From: Candidatus Krumholzibacteriales bacterium
GTDB lineage: Bacteria > Krumholzibacteriota > Krumholzibacteriia > Krumholzibacteriales > WJIX01
Direction of reading: 5' to 3'
Assembly (NCBI GenBank): GCA_046483305.1
Contig: JAWODM010000062.1
Coordinates: 23,332 to 87,331 of the forward strand
Length of the DNA stretch: 64,000 nucleotides
Positions 1-7,699 of the stretch are shown in pieces. The stretch's first letter is position 1. Each line of letters begins with the position of its first letter. The translations under genes were made by a program, and so were the position numbers. The notes beneath the pieces were generated by a model, which saw nothing but the letters and a program-made list of their open reading frames with translations, was not told where the DNA came from and searched no databases.

Positions 1-182
1 GAGTGAGCGAGCTGCAGTACGGCGGAGAATTTTTCGGGATTGAGAGGCTGGTCGAGTTTGTGAGGTCAAATATCGATATGCCTGTGGATGATCTCCTGGA
101 TAAGCTTTTTCAGAAACTTGACCTTTATTGCCACGGTCGGATTACTGACGATATTACAGCGATGATACTGAAAAAGCTTTGA
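1..182 (+). CDS. 3' end of a PP2C/SpoIIE (RsbU-like) phosphatase-domain protein, cut by the window edge
   Basis: Manual translation from nt 3: VSELQYGGEFFGIERLVEFV...GRITDDITAMILKKL*; FGxERL and DDIT are the C-terminal SpoIIE motifs; TGA at 180-182. Confidence 0.8.
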   Translation, partial: VSELQYGGEFFGIERLVEFVRSNIDMPVDDLLDKLFQKLDLYCHGRITDDITAMILKKL

Positions 183-389
183 AGGCCATTCTCAATAAGC
201 ATTCCTGATTGGCAAAAAAGCAGTTCGATGAATTGAAAATTGCCACGTTCGACCACATTTCAATCTATACACAAAGGGCGGACAGTAAAAGTCAGCGGTA
301 ACTGCCTATCTCTGTAACATCCTATTATATCTATTAATATATCAGATGTAATCTTCCTTGCACAGCTATTACCTTAGCGCTGTCCCATA

Positions 390-405
390 TTGGTATAGTT
401 TATGC
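390..405 (+). promoter_or_regulatory. Candidate promoter for the small-peptide gene (sigma54 -24/-12 box, or extended -10)
   Basis: TTGGTATAGTTTATGC has GG(392-393)-N10-GC(404-405); it can also be read as TGn-TATAGT (391-399). Confidence 0.4.
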
Positions 406-493
406 CGCTATACCTGAATTAAAGCCTCCAGTTCCGCGCTTACTGACAAAGGGTAGAGCAAATAACCGTCCTGGAGTATAAGGAGGTGAAAAA

Positions 494-547
494 ATGCTAC
501 CGTTATATATATTCTTTATAATTGACCTGTTGTGGTGGTTGCGTTAA
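494..547 (+). CDS. Small hydrophobic peptide MLPLYIFFIIDLLWWLR (17 aa), possible type I toxin or small membrane protein
   Basis: TAAGGAGGTGA (479-489) is a full-length SD, with GGAGG ending 7 nt before ATG 494; TAA at 545-547; too short for the ORF track. Confidence 0.6.
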   Translation: MLPLYIFFIIDLLWWLR

Positions 548-577
548 GCAGTATTTGGTTGATATTCGAGATATTAA

Positions 578-638
578 CCTGAATATGAATATTCCCGCTG
601 GTTTGTAGGAGTAAGCCGTCGGGAATATTCATTTCAGG
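578..638. repeat. Long inverted repeat / stem-loop downstream of the small peptide
   Basis: CCTGAATATGAATATTCCCG (578-597) pairs with CGGGAATATTCATTTCAGG (620-638) with a 1-nt bulge; the inner stem continues and closes a loop containing GTAGGAGT. Confidence 0.8.
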
Positions 639-730
639 ACTGTAAAAATTCTTTATAATATCTAATGTGCATTATTAAGTCTATTGCGTAGCATACTGAT
701 ATTATATCCTATTATAATGATAATAAATCC

Positions 731-760
731 TTGACATAGTTTTGCGAGGTTCGATATAAT
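731..760 (+). promoter_or_regulatory. Consensus sigma70 promoter with no downstream ORF
   Basis: TTGACA (731-736), 18-nt spacer, TATAAT (755-760). Confidence 0.75.
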
Positions 761-766
761 TGATAG

Positions 767-930
767 TAGGAAAATCATTTGTATAACAGGTGATGTGATT
801 TCAGGGGTTTCAGAACAAAATTTGATGCGGTTTTGCTCTAAGATATGGTTTGTGAGATCCGTGACACGCCCTATGTTGTACAGGTAGTTTTCTCAGCAGG
901 GGAATAAGGGATTCCGTCTTATTCCCTTTT
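767..930 (+). ncRNA. Candidate rod-shaped small RNA of unassigned family (6S-like or regulatory)
   Basis: Starts after the consensus promoter; 769-788 pairs with 874-893 (19 of 20 positions, 5 G-U), 797-803 with 853-859, 812-822 with 829-839; followed by a terminator-like hairpin. Confidence 0.55.
898..930 (+). terminator. Intrinsic terminator-like hairpin
   Basis: GGGAATAAG (900-908) pairs with CTTATTCCC (918-926), followed by TTTT; could also serve the convergent tRNA-Arg transcript. Confidence 0.6.
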
Positions 931-984
931 GCTTTATACAGCACTACCCTCCTTATCTACGGCAGTTCCGGTTGAAGAAGAAAG

Positions 985-1059
985 CGCCCCCGGCATGACT
1001 CGAACATGCGACACCCGGTTTAGGAAACCGATGCTCTATCCTAACTGAGCTACGGGGGC
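985..1059 (-). tRNA. tRNA-Arg (anticodon CCT), CCA not encoded
   Basis: Reverse complement GCCCCCGTAGCTCAGTTAGGATAGAGCATCGGTTTCCTAAACCGG...GTTCGAGTCATGCCGGGGGCG folds as a cloverleaf. Confidence 0.95.
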
Positions 1060-1117
1060 GGAAGTGAAGCTTTTTATTATATTAATTACCGGAGCGGCTA
1101 ATATCAAATAAAATTAT

Positions 1118-1633
1118 TCAATAAGTTATTATGGAAAATATATTTTTTCCCTCCAGAAGATCCCTGCCCCGCAGGGAGGAGAGTTCTATCAGGAAGCAGA
1201 GCTCATCTATCCTCCCTCCCAGATCCTCAATTAATTTACAGGTGGCGGCCGCGGTGCCTCCGGTAGCGAGCAGGTCATCTATGATCAGTACCTTCTCCCC
1301 ATTTTCAATCGCGTCGGTATGTATCTCAAGAGTGGCCTCCGAATATTCCAGGGCGTAACTTTCCTTCAGCGTTTCGGAGGGCAGTTTCCCCTCCTTGCGA
1401 ACAGGGACCAGGCCGGTCTTTAGGGTGTGCGCCAGTACTGATCCGAAAATGAATCCCCGGGATTCTATGGCGGCTATCTTATCAATACCGCGATCCCGGT
1501 ACCTCCTGTGCATTGTCCCGCAAATCTCTCCGAAAACCTCGGGCTCTATAAGAGCCGGGGTGATATCACGAAACAGGACTCCCTCTTTTGGAAAGTCCGG
1601 TATCTCCCTAATATACTTTCTTATATCAATCAT
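1118..1633 (-). CDS. apt: Adenine phosphoribosyltransferase
   Basis: IPDFPKEGVLFRDIT, ESRGF, RKEGKLP and the PRPP motif VLIIDDLLATGGT. Confidence 0.97.
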   Translation of the reverse strand: MIDIRKYIREIPDFPKEGVLFRDITPALIEPEVFGEICGTMHRRYRDRGIDKIAAIESRGFIFGSVLAHTLKTGLVPVRKEGKLPSETLKESYALEYSEATLEIHTDAIENGEKVLIIDDLLATGGTAAATCKLIEDLGGRIDELCFLIELSSLRGRDLLEGKNIFSIITY

Positions 1634-1651
1634 AAATTCAACCGTCTCCCT

Positions 1652-2458
1652 CTAAGTGTCGCGTTGCGCATCCAGAATTGCCTTGAGTTTACGGAGGGCT
1701 CTCTTTTCAAGCTGTCTGACCCTCTCTCTGGAAACATTCATTCTTCCTCCGATATCGGCCAGGGTATGCGGCGCACCGTCCGAAAAGCCGTATCTTATCT
1801 TCAGTATAAACTGTTCCCTGTCGGAAAGCCTTTTTATCAGTTCTGACAATTCCTCATGTTCTATCTGGTTCAGTATTATCTGCTCGGCGTCTATGCTTTC
1901 CTCAGCCTTTACGTTATCGGCGAGCTGATTGTACTTGTCTATGGTGTTGGAAAGGTCGAGAGCCCTGATATTCTTAATCAGCTGCTCCAGCGTCTTGAAT
2001 CTCCTTTCGGATATACCCAGTTCCGCTCTCTTCTCCCTGGCGGTTAAACCCTCCAGGTCAAAATATTTTATCATGAGTTTGAAAATATGAATCGGAATTT
2101 TCAAGGTCCGGGAATAGTTGGCGACAGCTCTGGAGATATACTGCTTTATCCACCAGGATGAGTAGGTGCTGAAGCGAAAGCCTCTCTCCGGGTCAAAACG
2201 GTCCACCGCCTTGATCAGGCCCATATTACCTTCTTCTATAAGGTCCAGGAATGGAACCGAGTGGTTGGTATAAGATTTTGCGATACTTATTACCAGCCTC
2301 AGATTCGACAGGATCATCTTCTTTTTCGCCTCTTCGTCTCCTTCCCTTACCCTGATGGCCAGCCGGTACTCCTCCTCCCTGCTCAGAGGTGGGTATTTGC
2401 TTACCTCCCTGAAATACTTTCTGGAAACGTCTTCAGTATCTCTTCTCTTATTCGCCAT
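1652..2458 (-). CDS. RNA polymerase sigma factor, RpoD/RpoS family, short (no region 1.1), in the rpoS-like position
   Basis: NLRLVISIAK, DLIEEGNMGL, FDPERGFRFSTYSSWWI, SRERVRQLE; surE-M23-sigma-apt order. Confidence 0.9.
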   Translation of the reverse strand: MANKRRDTEDVSRKYFREVSKYPPLSREEEYRLAIRVREGDEEAKKKMILSNLRLVISIAKSYTNHSVPFLDLIEEGNMGLIKAVDRFDPERGFRFSTYSSWWIKQYISRAVANYSRTLKIPIHIFKLMIKYFDLEGLTAREKRAELGISERRFKTLEQLIKNIRALDLSNTIDKYNQLADNVKAEESIDAEQIILNQIEHEELSELIKRLSDREQFILKIRYGFSDGAPHTLADIGGRMNVSRERVRQLEKRALRKLKAILDAQRDT

Positions 2459-2514
2459 TCATCCTCCCCGGCAGAGATGCTGATAAAATAGCCGATACCT
2501 GTTTTCAACTCTTA

Positions 2515-3063
2515 TTATAAATCAAGAAACAGTGATGGGTCGAGAGCTTTACTGTATTTTCTGATTTCAAAGTGAAGATGTATACCCGTGGCGTTACCGC
2601 TACTACCCGCTCTTCCAATCTTCTCGCCTCTTTCAACCTGCGTTCCCTCCTTGCACAGAATGGTTGACAGGTGAGCGTAAACAGTGTGATATCCCCTGCT
2701 ATGACTTATTATTACAACCTTCCCGAAGCCGCTCTTTCTTCCGGCGAATTCAATCACACCGGGCGCCGAAGATAGTACCGGCTCCCCCGCCCTGGCCCGG
2801 ATGTCTATCCCCTTATGGAATTCCCTTATATTATGTCGGGGATTCTTCCTGACTCCGAACCAGCTGGATATCCTGCTCCTTCTCAGATTATAGACCGGCG
2901 GAGAAAAGAACCCTTTTTCCGGATGAGGAGCAGGCTGAGGAGTAACCGTTCTGACCCGGGATCTCTCTCCACCCCGGTATATTGGCGATTCGGTGCAGCC
3001 TGAGAAAAGAAGGACTGCAGCCATCGATATCGGCAGGGTTTTCTTTGCGGTGAGTAATCGCAT
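2515..3063 (-). CDS. M23 family metallopeptidase lipoprotein (NlpD-like position, no LysM seen)
   Basis: Lipobox LFSGC; HKGID, YAHL and GIHLHFEIR M23 motifs. Confidence 0.9.
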   Translation of the reverse strand: MRLLTAKKTLPISMAAVLLFSGCTESPIYRGGERSRVRTVTPQPAPHPEKGFFSPPVYNLRRSRISSWFGVRKNPRHNIREFHKGIDIRARAGEPVLSSAPGVIEFAGRKSGFGKVVIISHSRGYHTVYAHLSTILCKEGTQVERGEKIGRAGSSGNATGIHLHFEIRKYSKALDPSLFLDL

Positions 3064-3074
3064 TAATTTAAAAG

Positions 3075-3152
3075 TGGTCGGGGCGACTGGATTTGAACCA
3101 GCGACCTCCTGCTCCCGAAGCAGGCGCGCTAACCGGCCTGCGCCACGCCCCG
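3075..3152 (-). tRNA. tRNA-Pro (anticodon CGG), CCA encoded
   Basis: CGGGGCGTGGCGCAG...CCTGC-TTCGGGA-GCAGG...GTTCAAATCCAGTCGCCCCGACCA. Confidence 0.96.
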
Positions 3153-3228
3153 AACCTTTTTATTAAAATAAGATATCAATTATTATCGGCTAAAACAAAC
3201 ATTATTAAGCATTAAAAAATATATTAAC

Positions 3229-3717
3229 CTATATTCCCCAGAAAGATATTACTCCCATGCTGGCCAGTGTAACCACAGTTCCGGCGATCATGATCCCCCC
3301 CAGGATAGCCGGAACGGCGTGCTTAAGGGGGATCTTGAACAGAAAGGCGGCTACGCAGCCGGTCCAGGCTCCGGTTATCGGAAGCGGTATGGCCACGAAG
3401 AGTATCAGCCCCACAGCCTCGAACCTTTCCACCATGGCGCTTCTGTTCATGGTCCTGGTAAACAACCAGGAGAAAAATCTCTCAAAGAGCCTGGAACGCT
3501 CCATCAGGAATTCGGATACCCTTCCCAGAAGAAGCAGAATCGGGATAACCGGCACAAAATTCCCCACTACTGAAATAATATACGCCCTCTGCCAGGTCAA
3601 CCCTCTGCTCAGCGCGAAAGGTATGGCGCCCCTCAGCTCCGATACGGGAAGGGTTGAAATGATGAAGGTAGCCAGTTCGTTCGGAAGGTCGGTCCCTACT
3701 GCTGAGGCTATAAACAA
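3229..3717 (-). CDS. Small multidrug export / COG2426-family membrane protein
   Basis: STLPVSELRGAIP and FVAIPLPITGAWTG motifs; start reassigned to TTG 3717 behind GGGAG. Confidence 0.85.
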   Translation of the reverse strand: MFIASAVGTDLPNELATFIISTLPVSELRGAIPFALSRGLTWQRAYIISVVGNFVPVIPILLLLGRVSEFLMERSRLFERFFSWLFTRTMNRSAMVERFEAVGLILFVAIPLPITGAWTGCVAAFLFKIPLKHAVPAILGGIMIAGTVVTLASMGVISFWGI

Positions 3718-3917
3718 ATTCAGCTCCCGGTTGAATGCGCTTTGAATGAAATCACATGTCCTGCCGCCGCGGTAAATAACAGAGCGGCCGGGCAATTCAG
3801 TTGGTTCAAAAACAAATGAAGCAACAAGGGTTCCAGACAACAATTAAATACAGATAAAAAGAGATTTCAAGCTTAATAAATATTTATTACAGCCTCGGAT
3901 TGGGCGATTCAGTTTTA

Positions 3918-4685
3918 TCAGGCCTCATTGAAATCAAGGTTCCAGCTTTCAAGCTCTATCATCATGCTGTAATCGGTCATTGAGATGGTAAGGGGAGTTA
4001 TTGATATGTTCCCTGATTTTATGGCATGAAAGTCAGTTTTCTCCTCATCTTTCCACCCTGGATCCCCTCCCCCGATCCAGTAATATTTTCTGCCCCTCGG
4101 ATCGAATTTCTCTATTATCAGGTCGTTGTATACCCTGGATCCGAGTTTGGTCACCTTTATTCCTTTTATGCTGCTGCCTGGCAAAGGAGGAACATTGACA
4201 TTCAGAAGCACTTTATGGTCTTTTTCCTCCTCGATTATTTTGCCGGCCAGGTAGGCGGAGGCCTCGGCGGCCGGCTCGAATGTTCCGCTGCCGTAGGAAG
4301 TAACAGAAACAGCCATCGAATCTATTCCGAGTATATGTCCCTCTATGGCGGCACCGACCGTTCCTGAGTATATTACATCCTCTCCCATGTTGGGGCCGTC
4401 GTTGATTCCGGATACTATAATGGCGGGTTTCTTCTTCATTATCCTGTAAACCGCCATTATGACGCAATCGGCAGGAGAACCGCTTACGCTGTACCAGGAG
4501 TCTCTGTACTCCTTGATCCGGAGAGGGCTGTTAAGCGTAATGGAATGGCTGGAAGCGCTCTGCTCCGACTCCGGAGCTACCACGGTCACCTGTCCCAGTG
4601 GCGCCAGGCTCTCTGCCAGAATCTCCAGGCCCTGAGCCCCGATTCCGTCATCATTGGTAATCAGTATATCTATATCTCTATTCAT
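3918..4685 (-). CDS. surE: 5'/3'-nucleotidase SurE
   Basis: ILITNDDG, SGSPADC, SGINDGPNMG, YSGTVGAA. Confidence 0.97.
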   Translation of the reverse strand: MNRDIDILITNDDGIGAQGLEILAESLAPLGQVTVVAPESEQSASSHSITLNSPLRIKEYRDSWYSVSGSPADCVIMAVYRIMKKKPAIIVSGINDGPNMGEDVIYSGTVGAAIEGHILGIDSMAVSVTSYGSGTFEPAAEASAYLAGKIIEEEKDHKVLLNVNVPPLPGSSIKGIKVTKLGSRVYNDLIIEKFDPRGRKYYWIGGGDPGWKDEEKTDFHAIKSGNISITPLTISMTDYSMMIELESWNLDFNEA

Positions 4686-4729
4686 TGCTGTACATCAAAC
4701 CCTGTTAAATATTTGCTCAAGGAATGAAT

Positions 4730-5428
4730 TTACCAGAAAACAGACCTGAAAACCAGCGATATAAATCTTATGGTGTCTATAAACGGATTAATGCTGCTGG
4801 TTTCGTCTTTGTATATTGTGTCAATGGGGATCTCCGATATGATGAATCCTTCCCTGCCCGCCCTTATCAGTATTTCGCTCTCGGCGTCATAATGGCTGCT
4901 GTTCATCTTGTCAAAACGGTTCAGCACCTCGATACTGAGAAGCCGGTAGCCGGACTGGCTGTCTCTTATATGGCTGCCCGACAGCCGGCTGATCACTGAC
5001 GAGGTTGTTTTATTGGTTAATTTTCTTATCAGAGGCATTCCCTCAATGTCGTGCATCCTGCTTCCAATTATTATATCCGCTTCGGTTTCACGGAACTGAT
5101 TTATAAAATCAGGTATCATAGCGGGATTGTGCTGCCCGTCCGCATCTAAGGCAATAACAGCGGAGATACCGGGCCGGGAAGCTGCTTCTCTGAATCCCGA
5201 ACTCAAAGCGGCTCCCTTTCCGCGGTTGGCGCGGTGCCGGATGACTTTTATCCCAACTGCCGACGCAGCCTCGGCAGTGGAGTCCGAAGAACCGTCATCC
5301 ACCACAATAACGTTTCCGGGAGGCAAACCCTGTTCGAGAACACCCTCTATTACGCCCCTGATCTTTCCGCTTTCATTGAAGGCGGGTATGATTACCGCGA
5401 TATCGCTGTTATCCCCGGTGCTTCTCAT
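4730..5428 (-). CDS. Glycosyltransferase family 2 (DPM-synthase-like)
   Basis: IPAFNE, VVDDGSSD, NRGKGAAL, DADGQH, DSQSGYR; start at ATG 5428 because the longer ORF overlaps the tRNA. Confidence 0.92.
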   Translation of the reverse strand: MRSTGDNSDIAVIIPAFNESGKIRGVIEGVLEQGLPPGNVIVVDDGSSDSTAEAASAVGIKVIRHRANRGKGAALSSGFREAASRPGISAVIALDADGQHNPAMIPDFINQFRETEADIIIGSRMHDIEGMPLIRKLTNKTTSSVISRLSGSHIRDSQSGYRLLSIEVLNRFDKMNSSHYDAESEILIRAGREGFIISEIPIDTIYKDETSSINPFIDTIRFISLVFRSVFW

Positions 5429-5476
5429 GAGTAATGGAAATGCCCCTATTCTTCCACAGGTACCAGTTGGTGAAAA

Positions 5477-5553
<77 letters not shown>

Positions 5554-5651
5554 ACTCAGAATTAATCTATATCTTATATTGATAAAATACAAGCCAATTT
5601 TAAGGATGAAGTCATAACGGGCCGTATAATTGATCGGCAATACGGCGCCGG

Positions 5652-6029
5652 TTAAAGCTTATCCACCATTTCCTTCAGTTCGGTGAGATCTTTCTTCAGC
5701 GATAAGATGATTTCCCTGTTTTCGGGATCGGAAAACGGGATATTCAGTTGCTGAACCAGAAGGTCAGGGTTATTATGCGATTCGTTCATTTTCTTCCGGG
5801 CGCCGTCTATCTTGTAGCCCCGCTCGTAAAGCAGTGTCTTTATGCTGAGGAGGTACTTGATATCACTTATCCTGTAGCTCCTGTTTCCAGCCCTGTTCTT
5901 CTTCGGATTCAGCTTGGGGAATTGGGTTTCCCAGTAACGGAGTACATGAGGTTTTACCCCTACCAGTTCGCTTACCTCCCCGATAGAATAATAAAGTTTA
6001 GTCATTGTTCTAGTCATAGTCTGTTTCAC
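5652..6029 (-). CDS. MerR-family transcriptional regulator
   Basis: YYSIGEVSELVGVKPHVLRYWETQFP and LLYERGYKIDGA; true start may be a downstream ATG. Confidence 0.92.
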   Translation of the reverse strand: MKQTMTRTMTKLYYSIGEVSELVGVKPHVLRYWETQFPKLNPKKNRAGNRSYRISDIKYLLSIKTLLYERGYKIDGARKKMNESHNNPDLLVQQLNIPFSDPENREIILSLKKDLTELKEMVDKL

Positions 6030-6058
6030 CCGGCTAAATTAATAGATTCTTATCCCTC

Positions 6059-7084
6059 CTAATACATCTCTTTCTTGGCTTTTCTGAGCATCAGGTCTCT
6101 GATGGCGTTCTCTGGGTGCTTTCGGTGAAAGAGTACGCTGTAGACCTGTTCGGCAATGGGGAGTTCAACCCTATGCTTCTTACCGAGTTTAACCGCCGCA
6201 CGGGTAGTCTTTATCCCCTCCACTATCATAACCATGTCGTCCAGTATCTCCCTGAGTTTCTTCCCCTTTCCGATCTGCTCGCCGAAGTAACGATTCCGGC
6301 TGTGCCTGCTCATACATGTCACTATCAGGTCCCCCACACCTGAAAGCCCGCTGAATGTCTCTTTCCTGGCTCCCAGCTTCACAGCCAGGCGCTTGATCTC
6401 GGCCAGCCCCCTGGTAATAAGGGCGGCTTTGGTGTTATCTCCGTAACCGAGCCCATCGCATATCCCGGCGGCAATGGCGATGGTATTCTTGAGCGATACC
6501 CCGATTTCCACCCCCACCAGGTCCGTATTGGTGTACACCCGGAAGTGATTGGACATAAAGAGTTTCTGAACCTTCCTCAAGACTTCCTGGTTTTCGCCCG
6601 CCGCCACTACCGATGTCGGCATTTTCCTGCTCACCTCTTCGGCGTGGCTTGGCCCCAGCAGCCCGGTTATCAGACTGCTTCTCTGGGGGAGTTCTTCAAT
6701 CAGTACCTCGCTCATCCTGCAGAGTGTCTTTTCCTCCAGTCCCTTCGAGGCGTTGATCACCACCGCCCTGCGGTTGAGAGTGCTCTGAGAGGCCACATTG
6801 AGGGCCACTTCCCGCACCGTGTGACTGGGTGTGACAAACACAATGTAATCGCTTCCCTCCAGGGCTTCTCTCAGGCCGGAGGTAATCCTGATGGACCAGG
6901 GAATGGAAATACCCGGAAGGAAACGGATGTTCTCATGGTCACGCTTCAGGGCTTCCGCCTGCTCGCCGAACTTCTCCCACATGGTGACACGGTGGCCGTT
7001 GTCGGACAGGAGGATGGCTATACTGGTTCCCCAGCTTCCTGCTCCCAGAACGGTTACACTTTCCTTTTTTCTCTTCGAAGGCAT
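6059..7084 (-). CDS. gpsA: NAD(P)H-dependent glycerol-3-phosphate dehydrogenase
   Basis: GAGSWGT, SKGLE, GPSHAEEV, LKNTIAIAAG, GVGDLIVTC, SRNR; start ATG 7084 overlaps the plsY stop. Confidence 0.96.
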   Translation of the reverse strand: MPSKRKKESVTVLGAGSWGTSIAILLSDNGHRVTMWEKFGEQAEALKRDHENIRFLPGISIPWSIRITSGLREALEGSDYIVFVTPSHTVREVALNVASQSTLNRRAVVINASKGLEEKTLCRMSEVLIEELPQRSSLITGLLGPSHAEEVSRKMPTSVVAAGENQEVLRKVQKLFMSNHFRVYTNTDLVGVEIGVSLKNTIAIAAGICDGLGYGDNTKAALITRGLAEIKRLAVKLGARKETFSGLSGVGDLIVTCMSRHSRNRYFGEQIGKGKKLREILDDMVMIVEGIKTTRAAVKLGKKHRVELPIAEQVYSVLFHRKHPENAIRDLMLRKAKKEMY

Positions 7085-7698
7085 CAGAATATCCTCTTTT
7101 CTGTTCCGTTTCTCAATCTCTGGATATTTGACCTGTGTTTGTAGACCACTACCACCGATACAATGACCGAAAGCGCCACAGCAAGAATATTGATATCTCT
7201 TCCCATGTAATATTTTGATACAAGTACCGCCAGCGGGAGGGCTATCGATGCCGCTATGCTCGCCAGAGAGACTATTCTGGTGGTTAGAAGCAGGGTCAGC
7301 CATATAAGGAGGCATATCAGCACCGCAACCGGAACTATCGCCAGGAATGCGCCTGTAGTTGTACCTACCCCCTTACCTCCCGAGAATCTTACAAACACCG
7401 AGTAATTATGCCCCAGGATGGCCATCAGGGCAGCAAGAGCGATAAAGGCGAAGTTATCGATTCCAGCCATTGATACAAGTTTTACCGCAAGAAATCCTTT
7501 GCCTATATCGATTATCAGAACCGGAACGGCAGCCTTCGCTCCAAGGATCCTGAAGGTGTTGGCCGCTCCGAGGTTGCCGCTGCCGTAATCTCTCAGATCG
7601 ATCCCCCTCAGCATTTTCGCCATTATAAAGCTCGAAGGAATTGAACCGAGCAGATAGCCCGACGCCGCAATCCCCAGAATTTTCAGAAAAAGCTCCAT
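7084..7698 (-). CDS. plsY: Glycerol-3-phosphate acyltransferase PlsY
   Basis: YLLGSIP, GSGNLGAAN, GHNYSVF, GGKGV, KHRSNIQRL. Confidence 0.96.
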   Translation of the reverse strand: MELFLKILGIAASGYLLGSIPSSFIMAKMLRGIDLRDYGSGNLGAANTFRILGAKAAVPVLIIDIGKGFLAVKLVSMAGIDNFAFIALAALMAILGHNYSVFVRFSGGKGVGTTTGAFLAIVPVAVLICLLIWLTLLLTTRIVSLASIAASIALPLAVLVSKYYMGRDINILAVALSVIVSVVVVYKHRSNIQRLRNGTEKRIF

Positions 7699-7699
7699 A

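Noticed and set aside
494..547. Trp attenuator leader reading of the peptide (tandem TGG TGG)
   Set aside because: No trp or other operon follows on the + strand; the next elements are a separate promoter, an RNA and a convergent tRNA
793..803. 11-mer ATGTGATTTCA shared with the minus-strand leader at 3747-3757
   Set aside because: It is identical rather than complementary in the predicted transcripts, AT-rich, and not a full CRP palindrome; probably chance
811..945. 44-codon minus-strand ORF behind AAGGAGG
   Set aside because: SD-to-GTG spacing is only about 3 nt, the product is unrecognisable, and it lies antisense to the structured RNA
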